Positions 28,101 through 37,722 of a DNA stretch of 64,000 nt are shown here, one piece after another. Under the pieces are notes generated by a model, which made no database searches, was not told the DNA's origin, and saw only the letters and a list, made by a program, of their open reading frames with translations. The stretch is from an uncultured Gammaproteobacteria bacterium (lineage in GTDB: Bacteria; Patescibacteriota; Patescibacteriia; Magasanikbacterales; JBBTQS01). The translations under genes were made by a program, and so were the position numbers. Position 1 is the stretch's first letter. The number at the start of each line of letters is the position of its first letter. The stretch lies in the NCBI GenBank assembly GCA_965230935.1, contig OZ246400.1, positions 502,359-566,358 on the forward strand. The letters run 5' to 3'.

Positions 28101-31100
28101 TACCTGAAATGAATATGTCGTGTTACTTGAAAGGTCATTGAACGTGTGGGTCGTTGCACTCAATCCGGTTACGGTATCACCGGTAGTAATATTTTCTACT
28201 TCATATGTTGTGGTTGGTCCATTGCTATTTGCCCCCCACGTAAGGGTAATTGATTCACTACTATCTACTTGGGCTGCAAAACTATTTGGCCTTGCTGCTA
28301 AGGTATAAATCGCTGTACTCGTAGCATACGAAGAATTTCCCGCAGTGTTCTCTGCACGAACCCGCGCATAATGCACACTGTTTGGATCAAGGCTACTTAA
28401 CGCAACCGTGGTTGCATTGGGAGCATTCAACGCATAATCACTAAAAGAAGACCCATCAGTTGACGTTTGGATACGGAAAAGCCCCTCCACTGATGAATTG
28501 TCAGTCCACGAAAACGTGATCGCACTTGCCGTTACGCTTGAGGTGCCAACACTGGTCGGCGCCTTTGGAATATCTTGCAACGTAAACGTGGACGTTGCAG
28601 ACCACGCACCAACAGACCCATCATCATCAACATACGCCACACGCCAGTAGTACGCCGTGTCAGTCGCTCCTTCTCCACCATCATCATCTAGTGCCAATGA
28701 GAGTGTCGCGGCACTGCCAAGCGCATCATAAGTGATATCACTACAGCGATTACCTTGGGTACAATCACTTACCGTTGATCCACCAGCACCGGAGTCCCAA
28801 TGGGTAATCGAATCCATGGCTATATCAGTACTGACCTGAATTCGTGCCTTGTTTGCGGTATCGCCACTATCCGGATCATTGTAGATTGCCGAAAATGCCG
28901 GAGTGGTGTCAGTCAAACCGGTTGGATTGGTATCTCCCGAACTTGCATCATCATTATTTGAATATAAAGTAGTTGGTGCCGTTGGCGTTCCATTGCCATT
29001 AAAAGTTCCTGCAGCACCATTATTGGTATTTCCAGTTCCACCGGTTACAGCAACATCGCCGGACGAAACACTATTTGCCGTGATATAGGCGACGGCAATA
29101 CACCCGCCACCACCGCCACCACCAGCAGAACTTCCACTTGCCCCACCAGTAGCAGTCATACTTGATGGTGTCCCCGCAACGGTATCAGCAATGATATAGA
29201 TCCCCCCGCCAGCACCACCTCCACCGTTCGTACCGGTACCGGCATTTCCATCGGCCGTAACTGTACCGGCAATGTGCAAGGTATTAGTCACTTCAAATCG
29301 TATATGACCACCACCCGAACCTCCGCTGTTGGCTCCCGTGCTTCCTGAACCACCTGCAGAACCTGTGGTTCCGGGTGTTGAAGTCACACAATACGCTATA
29401 CCAGCAGCACCAGTTCCAGCGCCACCAGCGCCACCATGACCACCACCGCCACCACTACCAGCACCAGAACCACCGCCGCCGCCTGGGCCATTACCACTCC
29501 CACCAACAGCAGTGTGAACTTTGTATCCCTTGCCATCCACATTAATTGATCCACCGCTTGCAACTGTTGATGAAGAAGCTTCTAAATGAATTACATGCGT
29601 CTGCGCCGTATCATTTTGTCCATGGGTCAGTGTTCCGCCACTATTAATTGCTAAGGTATCAAGTGGCAGTGGGTTTGATGATGTGGTGAAGCTACGCATG
29701 TCAAACGTTCCACTACTTCCCAAAATCATATCAACACTACTCGAAGATGTGAGTGTTCCCCCAGCGTCTAAAATCAACTTTCCATTGGAAATAGTGAAGT
29801 TGGTTGTCGATGTTGGTGTAAAGGTCCCTCCAGAATCAACTTGCAATGATCCCGTACCATCACCCCCTGAAAATGGATCACCATTACGCAAGACCAACGT
29901 ATGCGTCGTGCTCACCACATAGATGGCAGAGGTGTCCATGTGCAAAGTGTCTGCAGTGATCGAACTTGCACCTTGCGTTGATCCAGCACCAGAACCACTG
30001 TTGATAGCATACAAATCTCCATCAGTGCCATCCTTTTTAAGGTAGGCATACCCGGCGCCACCGCGCTCATTGGTTCCGGTACCGCCGGTCAAATCAAGAT
30101 GGCTGGTTGCAGAAACCGAGTTGGTTGTTGCGTACTCAAGATACACACACCCGCCTCCACCACCACCGTCACCAGTACCACCAGCGCTGTTTCCGCCCGC
30201 AACAGAAAAGCTTTGCGGAGTTCCGACAATCGCACCAGCACTATCAACTTTTACTCCTCCACCGGCACCACCAGCACCATTGGTATTTATCCCGACCCCA
30301 CCTTCAGCTAAAATTTTTCCATTCAACGTCACGGCACTCGATGCAGTAAGCATAAATAATCCGCCGCCAGATCCACCCCCGTTTGCACCACCAGATCCCG
30401 AACCACCTGCAGATCCGATCGTGGATGGGTTAGTTACGTCACAATATCCGGTTCCACCGGGATCTAAACCACTCGCACCATCACCACCATCACCACCATG
30501 TGCACCACCGGCACCACCAGTTGCACCTGACCCATGACCAAAACCTGGCCCAAAACCATTTCCTCCGACAGTGGTTTTCACGATATATCCTTTTCCATTC
30601 AAATACACCACACCTCCTGAGTCGAGGGTGAAAGTAGCAACACTGAGATCAAGTTCATTCACTTGTGAATCTATATTTCCTCCATGAGTGAGATACCCCC
30701 CACTGTTCACCGCTAGTGTGCCACTGATTGTCTTGGTAGACGTGCCATATTGTGCCAGCTCACCTCCTTGACGAACCGTAATATCATCACCCACCGTAAT
30801 GTCATGAGCAAGACGCAACGTTGACGTCACCACACCGGCACCATCTCCGATGGTCAGTGTGTCAAACGAAATTGCGGCAGTGGTACTTACCGTTGCGGAA
30901 ATATCAATGGTCACATCATCCCCATCTGCCGGCACACGAGACAAATCCCAGTTTGCAGTATCAGACCAACTCGTTCCATCTCCACTTCCGGTCCAGGTAA
31001 TCGCAATACCACCATGGGCTTGTTGGGTAAGTAATCCTGGCCAACCAACTGATGCAACAATTACCCATATAAGCAAAGAGGCTACGATCAACAATCGCCA

Positions 31101-31232
31101 AGGATGTTTTACAAACAAAAAAATCTGCGCGAGAACAGATGCCAAGAAACCCGTCTTTTTTGTGTCCAAAAATAAAACGGTTCCCGTTTTGTGATCAGGA
31201 TCAAATCCTTTGTTCGACGAAGGTATTGCCAT
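25140..31232 (-). CDS. Giant (2030 aa) Gly-rich cell-surface protein: N-terminal signal anchor, two ~270-aa beta-helix-like modules, three FN3-like domains, a Pro-rich linker, and a C-terminal two-TM module with two CarboxypepD_reg-like domains
   Basis: Single uninterrupted ORF. Motifs NGKGY, GGxGGAHGGDGG, YCDVTNP, GGGGAGGG, GGGGGGC. FN3-like ITFSWTDNSS.../ITLTWGANSNGPTTTYEV.... TM segments at aa 35-60, about 1590 and about 1740. Confidence 0.85.
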   Translation of the reverse strand: MAIPSSNKGFDPDHKTGTVLFLDTKKTGFLASVLAQIFLFVKHPWRLLIVASLLIWVIVASVGWPGLLTQQAHGGIAITWTGSGDGTSWSDTANWDLSRVPADGDDVTIDISATVSTTAAISFDTLTIGDGAGVVTSTLRLAHDITVGDDITVRQGGELAQYGTSTKTISGTLAVNSGGYLTHGGNIDSQVNELDLSVATFTLDSGGVVYLNGKGYIVKTTVGGNGFGPGFGHGSGATGGAGGAHGGDGGDGASGLDPGGTGYCDVTNPSTIGSAGGSGSGGANGGGSGGGLFMLTASSAVTLNGKILAEGGVGINTNGAGGAGGGVKVDSAGAIVGTPQSFSVAGGNSAGGTGDGGGGGGCVYLEYATTNSVSATSHLDLTGGTGTNERGGAGYAYLKKDGTDGDLYAINSGSGAGSTQGASSITADTLHMDTSAIYVVSTTHTLVLRNGDPFSGGDGTGSLQVDSGGTFTPTSTTNFTISNGKLILDAGGTLTSSSSVDMILGSSGTFDMRSFTTSSNPLPLDTLAINSGGTLTHGQNDTAQTHVIHLEASSSTVASGGSINVDGKGYKVHTAVGGSGNGPGGGGGSGAGSGGGGGHGGAGGAGTGAAGIAYCVTSTPGTTGSAGGSGSTGANSGGSGGGHIRFEVTNTLHIAGTVTADGNAGTGTNGGGGAGGGIYIIADTVAGTPSSMTATGGASGSSAGGGGGGGCIAVAYITANSVSSGDVAVTGGTGNTNNGAAGTFNGNGTPTAPTTLYSNNDDASSGDTNPTGLTDTTPAFSAIYNDPDSGDTANKARIQVSTDIAMDSITHWDSGAGGSTVSDCTQGNRCSDITYDALGSAATLSLALDDDGGEGATDTAYYWRVAYVDDDGSVGAWSATSTFTLQDIPKAPTSVGTSSVTASAITFSWTDNSSVEGLFRIQTSTDGSSFSDYALNAPNATTVALSSLDPNSVHYARVRAENTAGNSSYATSTAIYTLAARPNSFAAQVDSSESITLTWGANSNGPTTTYEVENITTGDTVTGLSATTHTFNDLSSNTTYSFQVRAFNGDNIASGYTGPISATTEGGTGGSNPSPPADPVPDGDNPTGAAFLINDGASVTHEQDVDITVFLSGAKSIALSNDSAFVNSKWETIAAFENGIIPHTLSDGEGGKIVYAKFETINGGVTKVYQQSITYEKIAPPEVEIDNPQEGASVLHNVSDPLAADHHKLTVTGHGIYSGKTTQLTLYRTLVTDDPETGEQATVYVPYLDDESSSSVSLFPSDITDTEKVWVVQFPSVSEIGTYRIVLQVRDDGTGEELLNSNRDFALVKKPKQPKPGPGEFVLNNGNKYTNVLSVPVFAFAKAYTHFVIDLAKKVDLANKILVEDPTQGYEGEFTLPDEDGIYQVEFVGLQDDDVIYSRRALVVLDRLAPEIPDVDVEIEVTENGIKYLVVSGKTEPLAKIVATKTFDGDEPLAGALRIAGVVTQTVDAAANGDWEVSFAQVSDGEHHLEVTSSDQATNTSDPNVVSVQVGELPEVPIPSNPPDGEDPPVDPDPPIDPDDPGVPPGSEPVGPTPDGPGPVEPDGSSPVVTSSPTSTVEMVPTSTIPVTLSTSTPTRIPTVIESVVDTTTQAVRAINRVIDDPQVEHVTEQVATPALAGVAALNVATAAGTLPSIPSYLYLLFSQFIGLFSRRKQKSWGVVFNALTKLPIDLALVRLINDQTNRVVQTRVTDVHGRFGFFVTRGSYRVEVRKHGFAFPAPYLISKTEDPTFGKIYNGEVITVDTESMYLIPNIGLDPQEDSRQVTQVRVDQVKKGIQAAVSYSGVAAAVVAFVISPTILVSLALLFHVLTFIFVRRVHMIAKVREWGVVFDGATNVALSKAVVRIFDARYNKLLETQVTRGKGRYAFLVGPNTYYVTYEKSGYRRRKTDHITIETPTGVIAKNATIHPGALQPTVGLAGPHHKPLVETSEVQPKEESPQSTEKLLQNPPPSTEPEVKEDQPEFDFAKMRELAQYGREDNKGGHHEHAPADNQKNPSDTTHPESSGSTLDST

Positions 31233-31304
31233 TCCTTATATCGATCGAATTTGAATATAGTATATCACATATTTTGGTTTTATTTTAGGAAAATATCCAA
31301 TGGC

Positions 31305-31332
31305 AGACCCCGACACACTTGTGTCGGGGTCT
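31305..31332. terminator. Perfect 13-bp hairpin (AGACCCCGACACA-CTT-GTGTCGGGGTCT) between the two giant genes
   Basis: Inverted repeat seen directly. It lies 3' of the second giant gene (minus strand) and upstream of the first. No strong T-run. Confidence 0.4.
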
Positions 31333-31409
31333 TGGCAATGCCTTTAGGAGTGACAACAGCGATCAGGTGCGGCAACATACTGTTGTCACCCCTGATACTG
31401 CTCCCAATC

Positions 31410-34400
31410 CTATGACGTATTTTGCGTTTTATCTTTCGGCACATCGGCAGTGTGATCGTAATGACCGCCAGATTTATCTTCTCGCCCATACAATGCCATC
31501 TCTCGCATCTTTGCAAAATCAAACTCTGGTGATTCATTTTTGGATGGTGGTACTTTGGTCTGTTGATCGTCTGAAGTCGCTGTCGGCTTTTGAGGAGGTG
31601 CCGGAGGCGCGGGAGTCTGTTCTGAACCAGAAGAATCCTCTGATGCAGAACGCGAAGTGTTATCCTCCACAACATCAACTAATGGCTTGTGGTGTGGTCC
31701 AGCAAGTCGTACGGTTGGTTGTTGCGTTCCAGGAGTAAGTTTTTCATCACGTGCGATCATGTCACTGACATTAGTAATCACAACTTCATCTGTTTTTTTG
31801 CGTGTATATCCGGATTTTTCATACGTAAGGTAGTACGTGTTTGGCCCAACCAAGAATGCATACCGGCCATTTCCATGCGTGACCTGCGTTTCTAGTAATT
31901 TATTGTACTGTGCATCGAATAACCGAACCACCGCTTTACCTAATGCGCGACGGGTCTGCGCATCAGCCACAACACCCCACTGTGTTGGTTTGATAATGCC
32001 ACGTACTCGGCGCAAAAAGACAAAGGTCAAAATGTGAAACGCCAGTGCTAGTGTCACAATAATGGTTGGCGAAATAACAAATGACACTCCTGCAGCAGCA
32101 ATTCCAGAAAAGCTAACAATACGCTGGAGGTGTTTGAGGACCTGATCACGACTGATTCGCGATACGGCACGAGCATCTTCTTGTGGATCAAGTGCAATAT
32201 TTGGTGTGATGTATTGTGATGCACTGGTTATTTGAATTTTCCCTCCATCGTACAACTGACCAAAATGCACATCTTCAGTCTTTCCAGCAAGATATGGTGC
32301 AGGAAACGCAAAGCCGCGTTTCGTGACCTCAATACGATAGGAACCTTCGGCAGCAAAGAATCCAAATCGACCATAGGTATCAGTCACGCGTGTTTGTATT
32401 ACACGTCCGGTTGCATCGTCAACAAGTCGAATGAGTGCCAAATCAATTGGCAGCCGAGTGAGCGCATTAAATACCACACCCCATTGTTTTTTACGACGAC
32501 CAAACAGACCGAAAAATTGGGAGAGCAGCAAATACAGATACGGTGGAATCGATGGTAACGCTGCAGCTGAAGACACCACGTTTACCGTTGCAACCGTTGC
32601 CAATACCGGTGTTGCGATCTCTTCAGTAACTTGTTCAACTTGAGGGTCATCTACAAACGTTGCCACCGCTTCATAACCAGTAACTAAAGCGTAGATGGTT
32701 CGTTGTGCAAGTGGTGCCTCGTCTGAAGAAGTAGTCATCGTACTGGTACTCGTCTCAGGTTCCACAACAATGACCGGTGTTGGCAATGTAACCGGCTCTG
32801 GTGTCGAGGTGCTCGCCGGTGTACTTGGTGCTGCAGCATCAGGCGCTGGCGCTGCTGGAGCGGATGGTGCAGGCGTTGACGGAGCCGAAGGTTCTGGTGC
32901 AGCCGGAGTTGGGGTACTTGGCGCCGGACCTGTTGGCTGATCTGATGGCGCCGGATCTGTCGATGTTGGATCTGGTTGTGATTCCGGCTCAGTCGAGGGG
33001 TCCTCTGGCGGTTCGGCTGGTGCGTCGGGCACATCATCCCCTGCAATAACTGAAACTTCGGCAATATCACTGGTATTGTCTGCGCGGTCTTGCACAGAAA
33101 CCGCGAGGGTATGCTTACCATTCTGCAACCCAGAGAATGAAAGTTCCCAATCACCGTTCGCGGCCGCTTCGGTTGTCTGGGTAGTCACACCAGCAATACG
33201 CAAAACACCAGCAATTGGTTGTGGAATATCAGGACTTGTTTTGGTTACAATCACTTGCGCAAATGGCTCAGTTTTACCGGAGAGCACCAATTGTGTTTGG
33301 CTATCACTACGACCAGTCTGCACTTTTTGAAGCTGATAGTTAACTTCTGGTGTTTTCGGTGGCGTACGATCAAGCACCACCATGCCACGACGGCGATAAA
33401 TCGATTCTCCTGTTTTATCAAAAGCAACAAATCCTAAAAAGTACACACCATCTTTTTCCGGAAGGATAAATTCCCCTTCCCATGGCTCGCCCACTGCAAC
33501 GGTTGATTGCTTATCTGCTAGGTTGATGTCCCGAGCAAGATCAATCACAAAGTGTGTAAACTCCTGTGCATAAATGTATACCGGCACTTTTAATTCGTTC
33601 GTATATTTTTGGCCATGATTCACCATAAACTCTCCCAGAGAACCTGGCTGTGGACTACGCGTTGCAGCCACCAAAGTAAAGTCACGATGTTGTGTGGCAA
33701 CAATGTCGCCAGAACTGTCATCAATAATGTTGGTGGTCAATCGATATGCTCCAAGCGTATCAACCGCTGGGAATGACGCATTCCACTTTTTATCAGCATC
33801 ACTAATCGCTGATGGAAACAATGACACTTGAGAACGTTCTTCACTGGCAAGATACGGCACATAGGCAATACTCCGTTCCCCTTCTTGATCAATGGATGTG
33901 ACAACTTGATACAATGTAAGCACTGTTGTCTTATCTTCAAATACACCATGACCAGCCACAGAAACCGTCTGAAAATCAGCTTGATCACGTTGGGTGAGAT
34001 TATGCGATACCATTGCACCTTGTTCTGGAATATCAATCACCAATGCTGGCGCTTGTGTTGTCTGATACGTAATGACTTGTCGATATACTTGAGAAACTGC
34101 ACCGTTTACCGTTTCAAATTTCGCATAAATAATTTTGCTGCCCGCCCCGTCCGGCAATACAAATGGAACCGTATTATCACGAATGCTATCGAGTCGAACC
34201 CACTTAGCACCGGTAAACGTTGGTTCTGAAGAAAGAGTTACAGAAGTTGCTTTTGGCAAATACACTGTGACATCAACATCACGAATAAATGTAGTGCGTG
34301 CACCATCATTAATTAAGAATGTTGCGCCGGTTGGATTTTCTCCGCTTGGTTCTGGTTCACTTGGTGGAGCTGGGGTCGAGCCGCCAGTACCACTTGACGT

Positions 34401-37400
34401 AACATTTACAATAGCGGTTGAAAAAAGACCCACAGCACCATTATTATTCCCGCCAACTCCACCGGTTTTCGTCACGTCATCTTCAATCAAACTAATCGAG
34501 GATGTGTAGTTAAACAATGCACACCCACCGGCGCCACCACCACCTTCAGTTGCACCACTCGCGCCGCCAGTAATGGTAAAGCTTTGTGGACTACCTGCAA
34601 TTACATTGGCGGTAAATTGCACCCCACCACCGGCGCCACCACCACCAGAACTGTCTGTTCCGTTACCACCATCAGCAGTGACAGTCCCGTTAATTGTTAA
34701 AGTCCCAGTAATATCGAGCTCAATAAATCCACCACCAGCGCCACCTGCTTGAGATGGTGCACCACTACCACCTGATGAGCCAATAGTACCAGGATCACTT
34801 GCAATACAATATGCGGAGCCACCAGAAACACCACCGGCGCCACCAGCGCCACCATGACCAGCACCTCCACCGCCAGTCGATGCGGTATTAGTTCCACCAC
34901 CAGGACCATTTCCACTTGACCCATAGCCTTTCCCGTCTACATCAATAGCGCCTCCTACAGCAACTGTCGAAGAAGTAGCGGAGATATAAATCACATTTGT
35001 TTGTGTTGTATCGTTGGTTCCGTGCGTAAGTGTCCCCCCATCATTAATTAATAGTGTGTTAAGTGTTAAAGAATCTGATGACGTGGTAAAACTCCGCATA
35101 TCAAAAATACCATCATCACTAACCACCACATTGATATTATTTGATGAGGTAAACGTCGCACCAGCGTCTAGAATAACTGTTGTACTCGTAATCGTAAAAT
35201 CAACCGTTGATGTCGGTGTAAAGATGGCCCCTGAAGCAAGCTGTAACGAACCAGTTGCATCACCGTCAGCAAGTGGATCACTATTTTGCATCACAAACGT
35301 CCGACCAGAAGGCACAAGATATGTTGCTGAAGTTTGGGTAACAAGTGTATCAACGGTCAATGTCTCTGCGCCTTGAGTTGAGGTCTCACCGCTTCCCCCA
35401 TTAATCGAATACAAATCCCCATCAGTCCCACTTTGCTTAGTATAGATATATCCAGCACCCCCTCGTTCTGCACCACCAGTTCCTCCAGACATAGTAATAG
35501 ATGATGTTACAACAATTGAATTTGATGTAGTAAAGGACAAAAGTGCGCATCCACCCCCACCTCCGCCAGTTCCAGAAGATCCGCCATTACCACCAGTGGT
35601 AGTAAATGATTGTGGTGTCCCTTTAAAGTCCGCGGCAGTAAGTTTAACCCCACCACCAGCCCCACCACCCCCACGGGTAGCATCACCAACACCACCATCA
35701 GCGGTAATAGTTCCGTTAATTGTAAAATCCCCGGTGGCAGCAAACACAATCAATCCACCACCATACCCACCAACTTCTCCACTTGGGCCAAACCCACCAG
35801 AAGATCCAATCGTCCCTGGATCAGTCACGTCACAATATCCAGTCCCACCACTTGCTCCGCCTGTATCTCCCCCATCACCAGCATGGGCGCCTCCCGAACC
35901 AGCAACTGAAGCACTCGAGCCACCGCCACCAGGACCGTTGCTCGTAGCTGCACTCGAGTGTGGCTCATACCCCTTACCGTCAACATTAATTGAGCCACCG
36001 GCCTCGATTGTTGAAGAGGCAACAGAGATATTAATAACATGCGTCTGTGTAGTTGTGTTTTGACCATGAGTAAGGTTGGCACCGTTGTGGATCATCAATG
36101 TATTAAATGGTTGTGCTGCAGATGATGTGGTAAAACTGCGCATATCAAGTGCGCCATCGTATTCCACGAACACATCTAAAGAAGAGGAAGAAGTAATAGT
36201 TGATCCTGAAGTGATAATTAATGTAGAGCTTGCGATTTCAAAATCGGTTGTTGATGTCGGAGTAAATATTGCCCCGGAGGCGATTTGTAACGAGCCGGTA
36301 GCATCACTTTCATCAAATGGGCTGACATCTCTAAGCACCAACGTATTCCCTGATGGGACCAGATACACTGTTGATGTGTTTATGGTTAATGAATTAGCAG
36401 TGATGCTCGTTGCCCCTTGGGTGCTCGATGCGCCACTCGCTCCACTGTTGACTGAATACAGATCACCATCGGTGCCATCTTGCTTCACATACGCATATCC
36501 ACCACCACCTCGCTTATTTCCACCAGTACCTCCACCCATACTAACGGTTGAAGTCGCTGAGATGCTATTTGATGTGGTGTAAGAAAGCAAAACACACCCA
36601 CCTCCCCCACCACCACTACTTGTCGCGCCCCCATCACCACCAGAAACAGAAGCCCCTTGTGGTGTCCCAGCAACAATCGCAGCATCAATTTTAATTCCCC
36701 CACCAGCGCCTCCACCCCCGGTAGTGGCTTGGCCAGGATGGCCATCAGCAGTAATGGTACCGTTAATTGTTGCCGTCCCTGAAGCATTGAGGATAAACAA
36801 TCCACCACCGGCGCCTCCAAGTTGTCCACTTGGACCAAACCCACCAGAAGATCCCACTGTTGCTGGATTGGTGACATCACAATATCCAGTCCCGCCAGTC
36901 GCACCCGTTGAATCTCCTCCATCTCCTGCATGTGCACCCCCCGCACCAGCACTTGAGGCACTTGAACCACCACCACCAGAACCATTCCCACTTGGCTCAA
37001 ATCCTTTTCCATTCAAAAACACAAAGCCACCTGATTGCAAATCAAAGGTAGCCACATTCCAGTCCAGTTCATGATCTTGAGTGGTGGTATTTGCTTGGTG
37101 GGTGAGATACCCGCCACTACGAATTTCTAATGTACCAGTGATGGTTTCGGTGAGATCATCAACCTGTGTTAACTCTCCTCCTTGGAAAATAGTAATGTTG
37201 GTCCCTGCAGTGATGGCGTGACCGAGCTTTAGTGTTGATGTTACAGAACCAACTCCATCTCCAAGTGATATATTTGCAAAAGAAATTGCTGCAGTGGTAC
37301 TTACTGTCGCAGCAATATCTATCACAACAGAATCACCTGATGTTGGTAAACGATTAAGATCCCAATTGGCGGTATCATTCCAATCAGTTCCATCACCACC

Positions 37401-37652
37401 ACCATCCCACGTAATGGTCTCACTTACTCCTACTGCAGTAGGCTGCAAATCGCCAATCGGGAACCAATTCACCCCCACGATCACCCACATGAATACAGTA
37501 AACACGACCAACCAACGATATGGGTGATGGATAGTTTTAAAAAAATGACCAAGCAACTTGGTAAATTCTGCAAATTTTTTACCACAAAAAGCCAAAAAGG
37601 TTTTCGGCTTTGGTTCCGAAGCTTGATTGCGGTCCGATAAAGGCATTGCCAT
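31410..37652 (-). CDS. Giant (2080 aa) Gly-rich cell-surface protein, paralog of 25140-31232 with three beta-helix-like modules
   Basis: Same architecture and motifs as the neighbour. The C-terminal ~430 aa are about 65% identical to it (e.g. LPSIPPYLYLLLSQFFGLFGRRKKQWGVVFNALTRLPIDLALIRL..., YAFLVGPNTYYLTYEKSGY, EFDFAKMREMALYGRED). Confidence 0.85.
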   Translation of the reverse strand: MAMPLSDRNQASEPKPKTFLAFCGKKFAEFTKLLGHFFKTIHHPYRWLVVFTVFMWVIVGVNWFPIGDLQPTAVGVSETITWDGGGDGTDWNDTANWDLNRLPTSGDSVVIDIAATVSTTAAISFANISLGDGVGSVTSTLKLGHAITAGTNITIFQGGELTQVDDLTETITGTLEIRSGGYLTHQANTTTQDHELDWNVATFDLQSGGFVFLNGKGFEPSGNGSGGGGSSASSAGAGGAHAGDGGDSTGATGGTGYCDVTNPATVGSSGGFGPSGQLGGAGGGLFILNASGTATINGTITADGHPGQATTGGGGAGGGIKIDAAIVAGTPQGASVSGGDGGATSSGGGGGGCVLLSYTTSNSISATSTVSMGGGTGGNKRGGGGYAYVKQDGTDGDLYSVNSGASGASSTQGATSITANSLTINTSTVYLVPSGNTLVLRDVSPFDESDATGSLQIASGAIFTPTSTTDFEIASSTLIITSGSTITSSSSLDVFVEYDGALDMRSFTTSSAAQPFNTLMIHNGANLTHGQNTTTQTHVINISVASSTIEAGGSINVDGKGYEPHSSAATSNGPGGGGSSASVAGSGGAHAGDGGDTGGASGGTGYCDVTDPGTIGSSGGFGPSGEVGGYGGGLIVFAATGDFTINGTITADGGVGDATRGGGGAGGGVKLTAADFKGTPQSFTTTGGNGGSSGTGGGGGGCALLSFTTSNSIVVTSSITMSGGTGGAERGGAGYIYTKQSGTDGDLYSINGGSGETSTQGAETLTVDTLVTQTSATYLVPSGRTFVMQNSDPLADGDATGSLQLASGAIFTPTSTVDFTITSTTVILDAGATFTSSNNINVVVSDDGIFDMRSFTTSSDSLTLNTLLINDGGTLTHGTNDTTQTNVIYISATSSTVAVGGAIDVDGKGYGSSGNGPGGGTNTASTGGGGAGHGGAGGAGGVSGGSAYCIASDPGTIGSSGGSGAPSQAGGAGGGFIELDITGTLTINGTVTADGGNGTDSSGGGGAGGGVQFTANVIAGSPQSFTITGGASGATEGGGGAGGCALFNYTSSISLIEDDVTKTGGVGGNNNGAVGLFSTAIVNVTSSGTGGSTPAPPSEPEPSGENPTGATFLINDGARTTFIRDVDVTVYLPKATSVTLSSEPTFTGAKWVRLDSIRDNTVPFVLPDGAGSKIIYAKFETVNGAVSQVYRQVITYQTTQAPALVIDIPEQGAMVSHNLTQRDQADFQTVSVAGHGVFEDKTTVLTLYQVVTSIDQEGERSIAYVPYLASEERSQVSLFPSAISDADKKWNASFPAVDTLGAYRLTTNIIDDSSGDIVATQHRDFTLVAATRSPQPGSLGEFMVNHGQKYTNELKVPVYIYAQEFTHFVIDLARDINLADKQSTVAVGEPWEGEFILPEKDGVYFLGFVAFDKTGESIYRRRGMVVLDRTPPKTPEVNYQLQKVQTGRSDSQTQLVLSGKTEPFAQVIVTKTSPDIPQPIAGVLRIAGVTTQTTEAAANGDWELSFSGLQNGKHTLAVSVQDRADNTSDIAEVSVIAGDDVPDAPAEPPEDPSTEPESQPDPTSTDPAPSDQPTGPAPSTPTPAAPEPSAPSTPAPSAPAAPAPDAAAPSTPASTSTPEPVTLPTPVIVVEPETSTSTMTTSSDEAPLAQRTIYALVTGYEAVATFVDDPQVEQVTEEIATPVLATVATVNVVSSAAALPSIPPYLYLLLSQFFGLFGRRKKQWGVVFNALTRLPIDLALIRLVDDATGRVIQTRVTDTYGRFGFFAAEGSYRIEVTKRGFAFPAPYLAGKTEDVHFGQLYDGGKIQITSASQYITPNIALDPQEDARAVSRISRDQVLKHLQRIVSFSGIAAAGVSFVISPTIIVTLALAFHILTFVFLRRVRGIIKPTQWGVVADAQTRRALGKAVVRLFDAQYNKLLETQVTHGNGRYAFLVGPNTYYLTYEKSGYTRKKTDEVVITNVSDMIARDEKLTPGTQQPTVRLAGPHHKPLVDVVEDNTSRSASEDSSGSEQTPAPPAPPQKPTATSDDQQTKVPPSKNESPEFDFAKMREMALYGREDKSGGHYDHTADVPKDKTQNTS

Positions 37653-37722
37653 CCCTAAAATCGATCGAATTTGGTCTTATTATAGCAGAATTTATCAGAC
37701 AGCTGGAGTGACTTGTCCCCAA

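Noticed and set aside
30070-30537. Pro-rich ORFs (PPPP, PAPP) on the plus strand inside the giant genes (also 35596-36063, 36076-36582, 36724-37074, 26386-26748)
   Set aside because: They are the complement of GGN Gly codons of the Gly-rich repeats on the minus strand, not independent genes.
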